The notes below the pieces were generated by a model, which saw only the letters and a program-made list of their open reading frames with translations, did no database searches and was not told the origin of the DNA. A DNA stretch of 64,000 bases from Clostridia bacterium (lineage in GTDB: Bacteria; Bacillota; Clostridia; Christensenellales; UBA1242), in NCBI GenBank assembly GCA_009929275.1, contig SAAW01000001.1, forward strand, positions 26,924 through 90,923. Direction: 5' to 3'. The stretch's first letter is position 1; every line of letters begins with the position of its first letter. Both the position numbers and the translations under genes were made by a program. Positions 55,858-64,000 of this stretch are shown piece after piece.

Positions 55858-58800
55858 TCAATCAGCCCCTGAGTTATATAAGCTCATCAAAATGTGAACT
55901 GTTCCTACTCCAGGGACAGGTGTAACTACTTCAAGATAGGAACTGAAATATAAGTATGCGGCTGTTTGCGCTTGTTCTTGACTGTATCCTAATCCCATAT
56001 AAAATAACACTTTATCTGCAAATTCTTGTGAGGCTAAGATTGTTGGTTCGCATTTTATTGCTTCCGCCCCAGAGGGAGCGGTGGTGTTTGCTCTTGACAC
56101 AATAATCCCCCCAATTTGCATTGTGCCTGACATCTGTCCAGTTGGTTGAGTATTTCCAAAATCCTCGTGAATGACGACTGAAAAATTAAACTTTGAAACC
56201 GGTTGGCCATCATAAGTGAAATGTTTAAGGATTGTCTTTCCTGTTCCAGAAAGTCCGTCTTCAATGGTAGATTTGAAAGTAGGAACAATTGGGGACATAT
56301 TTTGCGCTATAAACCATGCCTCACCACCAGAAACAAGGTTAATGATGGTCGTGTTTAAGTCTATGATTACTTTTGGATTATTAAGTTCTGAATCACTTAT
56401 ATTATTATCTGTCATCCAAATTGCTGAACCGCCCGCAGAACCCAAATAACTGTTAGTTACATTCAATAGATTTGAGGTATGTCCATAAATATCATTTGCC
56501 CAAGTTTCATATATTTTTGTGTAATTAACAAATGCATCTGTGCCAGAACTTGTTAAGTTTATACCAAGACAAACATTTTTTAAAATGCAATTATTAGTTG
56601 TAACATCGGTATAACTGCTTCTTATTGCCGAGTGACTGCCAGAATTTTCATACAACTCATTGCCCTGTTGCGTGTCTGGAGTAATCGTGTTCCCGACAAT
56701 AAGTAAATTATTATAGGTAATAATATTATTCATCAAAGAGTTAAATTCATTTGTTGTTGTTGCGCCAGTTTTAGAAACATCTCTTATTTCACTTCTAAAA
56801 ATTGAAATTTGAGAATTTAAGACAGCATTTTCGTCTTCAATTGAGCCGTTTAAAAGATTGTCGACTTGACCGTTAACCCCAAGATATGCTGGATTGATAA
56901 GTTTTAATCCCGAAGCGTCAATTGTTTGATAATTTCCGTTAAGTATAAGATTGTCGCCTGTTTTTGACTCGCTATATCTAACATAAGGATTTCCTGTGTT
57001 GTTAGATGTCAAATCGTTGCCATCATAAATAACTCTATCACTTAAACTAGAATAGTTTAAAGGTGAACCGTCTGGATTCGTTTGATTTCCACTTAAAGTA
57101 ACTATGATTGTTCTTAAAATATTTATTGACTGGACGGATAAATTTCCAAAGGCAGATTTAAGTTCGGCATCATTATAGACATTCACCCCGTTGTTTAAGA
57201 CAAACTCAAACGAGATTGGTGTCCTGTTGTTATATTTTGGTTTAATGGTGACCCTAATTTTTCTTCCGACAAAAGATGAATTAAACAAAATTCCCACGCC
57301 ATAAACACTGCTTTTTGTTTTTGAGAGAACTAAATTTTCATCGGTTACATAAGCCTGCGTTTCCTCGTCAAAAACTTCACAAGTGTAAGTGATGTAACTC
57401 TCGTCTGTGACAAACGAGGAATTCATAACAACATCAAAATAGAATTCATTTTCACTTCCCACAGTGAACGGCACAATATTATCACTGTCAAGGAATGTTG
57501 AATTTACTCCCGTATTGTTTATGTAGTTCGTTATGCCTGCACCCACTCCAAAAGTTGAAATCCAAGGCACAACTCTTATATTTTTAGAAGTTGGAACTCC
57601 GTCTTTATCATAATTTAAAATGTAATTTCCAAGTTCATTTAAGATAAGGGTTGTCCCCTCAACCGCAGTTGTTACGCTATCTTCCCCTGTGTAAGTTAGG
57701 TTTAAAACGTCAAAGGTGTATTCTGCCCCTTTGAAAAGAACGAGAGTGTCACCTTCATTAAAGAATGTTGTGGGATCAGCCCCGGACTCGGCTATTGTTA
57801 TTTGAAAGGTTTCAGATAAATCTCCTTTTGTGATTGTGACTGTGTATGTCCCTGGAGTTGAATTGCTAAATCCATCTTCAATTTCAATGTCATAGTTAAC
57901 GACTGGTAAGGTTGAATCATCACTGAAAACTGTGTAAACTTTAAGATCGTCAAAATTAGGATTTTCAGCATAATTATAAATACATCTCACATTTGATAGG
58001 TCAAGTTGCAAGCCCGTTTCAGCAACAGACAAGACTTGGATCTCAAAAGAAGTTATTTCGAAATCTTGATAACCTACATTTATGACATATGTGCCTGCAA
58101 TGTTAGGGTTAAAAGCGGTTGTGTCCATAAGATAACCTGAATTTATCACAACTCTATCTCCATCTTCGTAAATTGTTGTGACAATCAAATTTTGCCAAAT
58201 TGGGATTGAACCAAAACCAACAATTAAATCCATATCTGTTGTGTCAATCTCAAATCTTGTTATGACGGGCTCTGCGATTGTTATCTCAAAAGTCTTTGAT
58301 AAAGTCCCCTTTGTTATCGTCACTGTATATGTTCCGGGCGTTGTTACACTATACCCCTCTTCAAAAGATATGTTATAATTCACCACAGTTTGAGTTGAGT
58401 TGTCACTAAAAACTGAACGAACGATAAGATTTTCAAAATTTGGAGTTACTCCATAGCCATAGTCAAGTTCAACATTTGTCAAATCAAGTTGCAAATCATC
58501 TTCAGTTGCGGACAAAACTTCAATATCAAAAGGTAAAGTGCTAAATCCTTGGTATCCCACATTAACTGTGTATGTTCCGGTGATGTTAGGATTGAATGAT
58601 GTTGCATCGATGAGATAGCCTGACTCTAATGCAACTTTACTTCCGTCGGCATACACTGCCTTTACAATCAAATCTCCCCAAATTGGAATGGAGCCATGCC
58701 CGATGATTAAGTCCATATTAGAAGTGTCAATCTCAAACCCAATAATCTTTGGCGCTAAGACTGTGACAGAAACAATTATTTCGTTCCCTTTATATGTAAT

Positions 58801-59085
58801 TTTAATCTCATAATCCCCTGCCGATAAGATGTCAAGTTCGTCGGAGTCAAAAGAAAAATCTTCTTCAAAATCTGCATACTTAACGACTTTTGATGTTCCG
58901 TCAGCAAAATTAAGCAAAATTTCTAGGTCGTCAAAATCTAATTCTTCATTATATTCTAACTCTGTGTCGAGCGTGCCCGACAAAACGGTGAAACTTGTAA
59001 CACTCGCCTCGCAAGCCGTCATCATAGGCACTGAAAAACATAGTAATAAAAATATTCCAAAAAATAATTTTTTTAAATTTCTCAT
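55858..59085 (-). CDS. large secreted or lipid-anchored surface protein with Ig-like repeats and a parallel beta-helix-like C-terminal region
   Basis: 1075 aa. Signal peptide ending MMTAC. Repeated TGTYTVxV/ITxG modules. The later N/T/G-rich segments (NNCILKNVCLGINLTSSGTD...) are typical of right-handed beta-helices. Confidence 0.7.
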   Translation of the reverse strand: MRNLKKLFFGIFLLLCFSVPMMTACEASVTSFTVLSGTLDTELEYNEELDFDDLEILLNFADGTSKVVKYADFEEDFSFDSDELDILSAGDYEIKITYKGNEIIVSVTVLAPKIIGFEIDTSNMDLIIGHGSIPIWGDLIVKAVYADGSKVALESGYLIDATSFNPNITGTYTVNVGYQGFSTLPFDIEVLSATEDDLQLDLTNVELDYGYGVTPNFENLIVRSVFSDNSTQTVVNYNISFEEGYSVTTPGTYTVTITKGTLSKTFEITIAEPVITRFEIDTTDMDLIVGFGSIPIWQNLIVTTIYEDGDRVVINSGYLMDTTAFNPNIAGTYVINVGYQDFEITSFEIQVLSVAETGLQLDLSNVRCIYNYAENPNFDDLKVYTVFSDDSTLPVVNYDIEIEDGFSNSTPGTYTVTITKGDLSETFQITIAESGADPTTFFNEGDTLVLFKGAEYTFDVLNLTYTGEDSVTTAVEGTTLILNELGNYILNYDKDGVPTSKNIRVVPWISTFGVGAGITNYINNTGVNSTFLDSDNIVPFTVGSENEFYFDVVMNSSFVTDESYITYTCEVFDEETQAYVTDENLVLSKTKSSVYGVGILFNSSFVGRKIRVTIKPKYNNRTPISFEFVLNNGVNVYNDAELKSAFGNLSVQSINILRTIIVTLSGNQTNPDGSPLNYSSLSDRVIYDGNDLTSNNTGNPYVRYSESKTGDNLILNGNYQTIDASGLKLINPAYLGVNGQVDNLLNGSIEDENAVLNSQISIFRSEIRDVSKTGATTTNEFNSLMNNIITYNNLLIVGNTITPDTQQGNELYENSGSHSAIRSSYTDVTTNNCILKNVCLGINLTSSGTDAFVNYTKIYETWANDIYGHTSNLLNVTNSYLGSAGGSAIWMTDNNISDSELNNPKVIIDLNTTIINLVSGGEAWFIAQNMSPIVPTFKSTIEDGLSGTGKTILKHFTYDGQPVSKFNFSVVIHEDFGNTQPTGQMSGTMQIGGIIVSRANTTAPSGAEAIKCEPTILASQEFADKVLFYMGLGYSQEQAQTAAYLYFSSYLEVVTPVPGVGTVHILMSLYNSGAD
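57787..58752 (-). repeat. 2 x 483-bp in-frame tandem duplication (161-aa double-Ig module)
   Basis: Residues 112-272 and 273-433 align end to end (about 60 percent identity by eye), for example FEIDTSNMDLIIGHGSIPIWGDLIV against FEIDTTDMDLIVGFGSIPIWQNLIV. Confidence 0.8.
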
Positions 59086-59279
59086 AATTTTTCCTTTTTA
59101 AAACAAATAATATTTCAAAGCAACATAAATAATTAGTTATATATTCATATTTTATCTTATTAAGGTATTTTTAGCAATAAAAAACAAAATAATAAAATAT
59201 TTTAATTTTTTAAAATTTTTTTTGTATTTTATTGTTATTATTTATTATCTTTTATTCAAATTTTAAAAAAAATCTTATG

Positions 59280-59708
59280 CTACAAAGGCAATTGTCCACC
59301 ACTTGGAGGTCCGAAAGAAATTATTATCCTACGTGATAGTAAAGAATTATCGGTGGTAAAGATTGTTATCACAGCCCCCTCATTTGCCATCAAAAAAGTC
59401 AAAAGCCCTCCTTCGCCAACTGAAACATTGCTGTTGTCGCTTGAAAATCTCACTGTTTTAATTGTCGAATTTTCAGGCCCAACATACCAAACTAGTTGAT
59501 AGGTGATTGTGCCGTCTTGAAGTTCTAATTCATAATCATTTGCAACTTTTTCGCCGTCAACCAAAAAATAGACCTCTTCACAATAGTTGAAATCTTTCCA
59601 ATTTTCAGGATTTCTGCCATAAAGACTTATGATTATGACTGCAATGACGACGACTGCAATTTGAATTAAAATTAAAACTTTCTTGCTCATTTTTCTCCTT
59701 TTTTTCAA
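59280..59708 (-). CDS. N-terminally anchored extracytoplasmic protein, unknown function
   Basis: 142 aa. One TM helix (VLILIQIAVVVIAVIIISLY) and a beta-rich ectodomain. Downstream of the ABC locus. Confidence 0.5.
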   Translation of the reverse strand: MKKRRKMSKKVLILIQIAVVVIAVIIISLYGRNPENWKDFNYCEEVYFLVDGEKVANDYELELQDGTITYQLVWYVGPENSTIKTVRFSSDNSNVSVGEGGLLTFLMANEGAVITIFTTDNSLLSRRIIISFGPPSGGQLPL

Positions 59709-59739
59709 TATTCTTTAATATATTTTAATTTTTTTGACT

Positions 59740-61362
59740 CTACATTTCAAGTCTTTTATAATAAACTTTTATATTAATTGTGAGCAAATATGCTCTGAGT
59801 GCCAAAAAGCCTGTGGCAATTGCGAGCAGTGTTAACCAGCCGTTGACAATGTTCATATTCATAAAATATATCGCAATAATCCCAAACAAGAATGAAAACA
59901 AAACTCCAATTAAAACTGATTTTGCCATATTTGGATTATTTGCACTCTTTCCTTTTTCTTTATACATAGCAAAAAATGGGGAGAGCAAATCAAGCTGAAT
60001 TGACCACAAAATATGGGCAATGCTAACAATCAAAAAGACAAGTGAAAGCAATAGAATGTGGACAATGCTTATCTGAGTGATGACTGCCAAAACAACAAAA
60101 CCCAAAACTATTGCACAAAAAGTGAGAACTATGTTGATAAGAATTTTTGCCCAAATGACATTTTGAGTTCTGTTAGGCACAGTTTTTAAAAGACCAAACT
60201 CTTCTCCCTCACTCGAAATAACGTTTGAAGCAACACTATTCGCCGACATCAAAATCATAAGTCCAATGATAAGATTAAATCCGATAACAAGAGTGTCTCC
60301 AAGCCTATTTGTGTTTATTGCGGTGAAAATAGTGTTTAAAACATACAATATGAACGGAAAACTTATTATAGAAACAAGATATTCAGTGAATTTGTCCGTA
60401 TTTCTCGTCATTGACCTTATTTCTTTTAAAAGAAAAACTTTGAAAACGCCGTTTTTATTATTTGAATAGGAATTTTTAAACTTAAAAGGCTGTGAAGTGT
60501 CGCTGATTACGTTGACCATTTTGAAATAAAAAGGCAGAGAAATGGCATAAATCATAGCAACAAGCATAAATATAATGCCAATAATCAGAAGATAATCATA
60601 TATGGTTCGCGTTGCAAATAAAATATTTATCAAATTGCTATAAAACAAAAGGAAACTGTTAAAAGTTTGCATTGCACCATAGACCCAAACAATGAAACTA
60701 TGGTATATTTCAAGGAGTCTTAAAGGGACAGGGAGCATATTCATTATGCTCGCAATAAAAAGCCAAACAAAAAACACGAATGCAACAATGAAAATCATTT
60801 TTACATATGGAAATTTTGCAAACAATTTTTTAACAAACGAATAGCCCACTGAAAAAATAGCACCAAAAAGGATTGGGAACAACGGAAGCACAATGATTAA
60901 TAGCATTAGATTTACAAAATATAAAATATTTAAACCAAAAAACGAGCCAAAGGCAAAAAATAGAGGGAGCAAAAAGAATAGATTTTGATTGAAACCTTTG
61001 ATGTAGAAAACAATTAATCTGCTGAATAAAATCTCATTGTTTTTAACTGGCAAAGAAAACAAAATGGGGTTGTCTTTTGAAAAAAACAAGTCATTTGTTA
61101 GAGAAAATGTAATTGAAATTATGCCAATTATCTGCATAAAGCCAACAACAAAAAGCAAAAGCGACTGGTCTATGCGAAGTGCCATAAAATTCTTTAAAAA
61201 ATAGAGAACAAAATAAAAAAATCCCGTTGAGATTATCATAAGCAAAAGTTTTATGCAAACATATGCCACGGCAAGTTTTTTGTTATTCAAACTTCTTAAA
61301 AATTTTCTGTTTTGCAGTTGCATTAAGACTAGCAACTTAAATCTTTTAACCATTAATCTCAC
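59740..61362 (-). CDS. large polytopic ABC exporter permease-like protein
   Basis: 540 aa with 12 or more TM helices. The start overlaps the upstream ATPase-fusion stop by 4 nt. Paralogue of 49491-51065. Confidence 0.6.
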   Translation of the reverse strand: MRLMVKRFKLLVLMQLQNRKFLRSLNNKKLAVAYVCIKLLLMIISTGFFYFVLYFLKNFMALRIDQSLLLFVVGFMQIIGIISITFSLTNDLFFSKDNPILFSLPVKNNEILFSRLIVFYIKGFNQNLFFLLPLFFAFGSFFGLNILYFVNLMLLIIVLPLFPILFGAIFSVGYSFVKKLFAKFPYVKMIFIVAFVFFVWLFIASIMNMLPVPLRLLEIYHSFIVWVYGAMQTFNSFLLFYSNLINILFATRTIYDYLLIIGIIFMLVAMIYAISLPFYFKMVNVISDTSQPFKFKNSYSNNKNGVFKVFLLKEIRSMTRNTDKFTEYLVSIISFPFILYVLNTIFTAINTNRLGDTLVIGFNLIIGLMILMSANSVASNVISSEGEEFGLLKTVPNRTQNVIWAKILINIVLTFCAIVLGFVVLAVITQISIVHILLLSLVFLIVSIAHILWSIQLDLLSPFFAMYKEKGKSANNPNMAKSVLIGVLFSFLFGIIAIYFMNMNIVNGWLTLLAIATGFLALRAYLLTINIKVYYKRLEM

Positions 61363-63530
61363 TTTATTTCTTCATCTTTTGGGCTGATAAAAGACATATA
61401 TAAATCTTCTAGGTCGACTTTTTCTTTTTTTAGTTGTTCCATATCATAGACACCTTGTAGTTTGCCTTTTTTGATTATGGCAATTCTATCACAAATCTTT
61501 TCGACAATCTCTATGACGTGACTGCTGAAAAACACAATGTTATTTTTGTTTGCATGCTCTCGCATACATTCTTTGATTTGAAACGCACTTGTTGGGTCAA
61601 GTCCTGTTAGAGGTTCGTCCAAAATCCAAACTTTTGGCTCGTGGACAAGGGCGGCGATGACGACAACTTTTTGCTTCATTCCGTGGCTATAACTTTTAAT
61701 TGGGTTGTCAAAAGCATCTTTCAAATTGAAAAGATTAATATATTTTTCGATAATTTGTGTTCGTTTTTCTTTGGAAACATTATATAAATCGGCAATATAA
61801 TTCACATACTCTCGCCCCGTTAGGTGTTCATAGACGCTATGATTGTCTGAAACATATCCAATGAGTGCCTTTGCTTGCAAGGGTTGCTTTTGAATGTCGA
61901 ATCCGCAAATTTCAATCTTTCCACTTGTTATGGATTGAATTCCAACCATACTCTTAATTAATGTTGACTTGCCACTGCCATTGTGTCCCAAAAATCCAAA
62001 AACTTCACCTTCTTTAACTTTGAGAGAAAAATCATCAACTGCTTTGACTTTTGAGGAAGGATATTTCTTTGTGAAATGAGAGATGTTAACCATTTTTTTA
62101 CTCCTTATATTTAAAGGTTTGTTCATATTTCCAAAAAGTTTTTTTCTTGTTTGCTTTTCTTCAAGTCTGTCAATCTTTCTTAGGAGCGAAACTTCGGCGT
62201 AGTGGTCTTGGACTTTGAAAATGTTTGTGTAGAGAAGCCAGATTATGAACATTAAAATTATGTAGCCAAAATATAAAAATATGTCATATAGCCAATGAGT
62301 TGTGTAAGCCGTATTGTTAACTACAACAGTCAGATTAAAATTTATCCTCCACAATTCCAAAAAAGAAGCATGTTTTGAGATGGCATTTCCTTCGAGGAAA
62401 AAATAGTCAACTGATGCAAACGAATTTACATAGGCATTCACAAAAATCATTGAAACAAAATAGATGCTGAAAATCCCAATGGCTTTTATCATCATTTTTA
62501 GATTTGGCCTTTCATAAACATTTAAAACGACACCTAAAACTGGTAAAATTGTTATATATATATGATTATACCAAAATCTAACGTTATACCACATAAAAAG
62601 CGAACCAGATGTGTCTGGCAAAACCATTGCAAACATTCCTCCGATGACATTCACAAGAAGTGTGAAATAAAAAATGCTTTTTACCCTAAATACATATGCA
62701 ATGAAAATTAAAAAAACAGCAGTGTTACAGATGTGAAACGGAAGATTTGTGAATGATAAATTATTTATATTTATCGTGTAGCAAAATTGAATTAGACACG
62801 CAGTCGCCATATAGACAAGGGCAAGTTCCTTTTCGTTCTTTTTGCGATTTCTAAGTGCAAAATATATTACAAAAAAGATTGCGACACAAAAATATAGAGT
62901 CATGCGATGAGTGGACGTGAACCCATCTGCTTCATCTCCAAATGTTCCAAACAAAATGTTAAAAAAACTGACTGGCAAAACGGCAATGAAAAGAAGAGTG
63001 AAGATTCCAAGGGCATTAAAAATATCTTTTAAAAAAGATTTGTTTTTAAAAGTTTTTATAGAAGATATAAAATAATAAATTGAGATTGTTGCCATTAAGA
63101 CTGTTTCGACTGCAAATTGAAGAGATCTAAAACTTATCAGGTCGACTTCACTCGCACCAAAAAAAGCCTGGACGTTTTGATAGAAAAATATTATGTTTAA
63201 GATTGAAATGATAGGCACGAGATATTTTAAAATATTTTCGGTTGTTTTGCATTTATAAAAAGAAGTGAGTGCCGTTATCATCACGCAGACCAAAGTAAAG
63301 CCCTTTAAAAAAAGCATAAACGCGACAAGAAATGGGCTCATATATGAACAATTTAACATTAAAATATCGTCAAATTTATCGCTTGTGACAAGTCTTACGG
63401 AATATACCACTGCAAACAAAATTGACAAGACTTTTAAAACAATAGTCGCCTTGCTTGAAAACTTCTTTGTAAAAAATAAAAGCAAAAGTTCTAATACTAT
63501 TATCGATAAAAACAAATATAAGGTAAACAT
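61359..63530 (-). CDS. fusion of an about 485-aa polytopic membrane domain to an ABC ATP-binding domain
   Basis: 723 aa from the ATG at 63530, which has AGGAG 11 nt upstream. The ORF track begins at 63620. C-terminal Walker A GHNGSGKST, signature YSHGMKQKV and Walker B VWILDEP. An internal AAGGAG-7nt-ATG at 62093 marks the start of the ATPase module. Confidence 0.72.
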   Translation of the reverse strand: MFTLYLFLSIIVLELLLLFFTKKFSSKATIVLKVLSILFAVVYSVRLVTSDKFDDILMLNCSYMSPFLVAFMLFLKGFTLVCVMITALTSFYKCKTTENILKYLVPIISILNIIFFYQNVQAFFGASEVDLISFRSLQFAVETVLMATISIYYFISSIKTFKNKSFLKDIFNALGIFTLLFIAVLPVSFFNILFGTFGDEADGFTSTHRMTLYFCVAIFFVIYFALRNRKKNEKELALVYMATACLIQFCYTININNLSFTNLPFHICNTAVFLIFIAYVFRVKSIFYFTLLVNVIGGMFAMVLPDTSGSLFMWYNVRFWYNHIYITILPVLGVVLNVYERPNLKMMIKAIGIFSIYFVSMIFVNAYVNSFASVDYFFLEGNAISKHASFLELWRINFNLTVVVNNTAYTTHWLYDIFLYFGYIILMFIIWLLYTNIFKVQDHYAEVSLLRKIDRLEEKQTRKKLFGNMNKPLNIRSKKMVNISHFTKKYPSSKVKAVDDFSLKVKEGEVFGFLGHNGSGKSTLIKSMVGIQSITSGKIEICGFDIQKQPLQAKALIGYVSDNHSVYEHLTGREYVNYIADLYNVSKEKRTQIIEKYINLFNLKDAFDNPIKSYSHGMKQKVVVIAALVHEPKVWILDEPLTGLDPTSAFQIKECMREHANKNNIVFFSSHVIEIVEKICDRIAIIKKGKLQGVYDMEQLKKEKVDLEDLYMSFISPKDEEIK

Positions 63531-63737
63531 TATAAATTTTTCTCCTGTATTTATAATTAGTATAGAATTTTTTGCAAAATTAATTAATATATTGTAATAA
63601 AAATATAACGGAATTAACATTTTTTGTCAATTCATTTCTATTTTTGTAAACATTTTAAGTGTTATTATTGCTTTATATATTGAATTACTGTTTTGTTTTT
63701 TTAAAATTCTTTCAAAATTAAATTTTATTTTTTAATG

Positions 63738-63770
63738 AAAAAATAAAAGCCATAAGGATTGCCTTACAGC
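63738..63770 (-). terminator. rho-independent terminator after the truncated right-edge gene
   Basis: On the minus strand: stem ggctgtaagg / ccttatggc (two G-U wobbles) with loop caat, followed by TTTTATTTTTT. Confidence 0.45.
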
Positions 63771-63795
63771 CTTTATAATTTTAGGGTTTAATTAT

Positions 63796-64000
63796 TTATT
63801 TTTGTGTTTTTCTTTTCGATTTTGCCTTTGGCATAGTTTTTGTATAAATTGTTACAAATCCAAAAGCAACTGCTCCTGCAAATATTACACCCGTAAAGCA
63901 TAGGATAATTATTAGCCAAGCGAAACTTGTTTCCTGTGTTTCCACGATTGCAAATTCGCCCAATTCTTCAACCTCAAATGTGAGGATTCCGTTTGAATAT
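63796..64000 (-). CDS. 3' end of a gene running off the window; C-terminal TM anchor
   Basis: Hand translation of the minus strand gives ...YSNGILTFEVEELGEFAIVETQETSFAWLIIILCFTGVIFAGAVAFGFVTIYTKTMPKAKSKRKTQK*. This is a hydrophobic helix with a basic tail. Not in the ORF track because it is truncated. Confidence 0.4.
   Translation of the reverse strand, partial: YSNGILTFEVEELGEFAIVETQETSFAWLIIILCFTGVIFAGAVAFGFVTIYTKTMPKAKSKRKTQK

Noticed and set aside
59086-59279. Possible invertible (phase-variable) promoter upstream of the 1075-aa surface protein gene.
   Set aside because: I found no flanking inverted repeats and no nearby recombinase gene. The region is simply AT-rich.

Overview
AT-rich (about one-third GC by eye) chromosomal window from a spore-forming Bacillota, probably Clostridia-like. 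It uses the standard genetic code: TGA terminates conserved genes, for example the phosphohexomutase at 1854. I call about 55 protein-coding genes. There are three tRNAs (Lys-CUU, initiator Met-CAU, Arg-ACG), each behind a near-consensus SigA-type promoter, plus several rho-independent terminators and several in-frame coding tandem-repeat arrays. I recognised no rRNA, CRISPR array, integrase, transposase or phage structural gene.

Housekeeping genes: dut, a phosphohexomutase, a DEAD-box helicase, rsmD, spoVFA/spoVFB, DegV, tsaC/Sua5, a DnaD-domain protein plus a dnaI-like loader, a CDF transporter, an RluA-type pseudouridine synthase, dapF, asnB and lgt.

Accessory genes:
- a Wzy-type glycan cluster that directly abuts tRNA-Arg;
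- four paralogous Cys-rich, collagen-like, BclA-C-terminal-like putative spore-surface proteins;
- two paralogous ABC exporter loci, one with a fused polytopic domain;
- a 1075-aa surface protein and a repeat-rich acidic lipoprotein;
- an SPFH plus zinc-ribbon module.

The best candidate for an undescribed system is a tightly translationally coupled five-gene operon on the minus strand (11930-18042). It opens with a degenerate class-I release-factor homologue that keeps the GGQ motif but has lost the codon-recognition motif. This gene overlaps an SF1 UvrD-like helicase, which is followed by a coiled-coil protein, a GLUG-repeat membrane protein and a small membrane peptide.

Other unusual items are an O-antigen-ligase-like::IspH fusion protein, an orphan two-gene cassette (30702-32667) and a compact triple-hairpin element between asnB and dapF.

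All family assignments come from motif recognition by eye. No database search was run.
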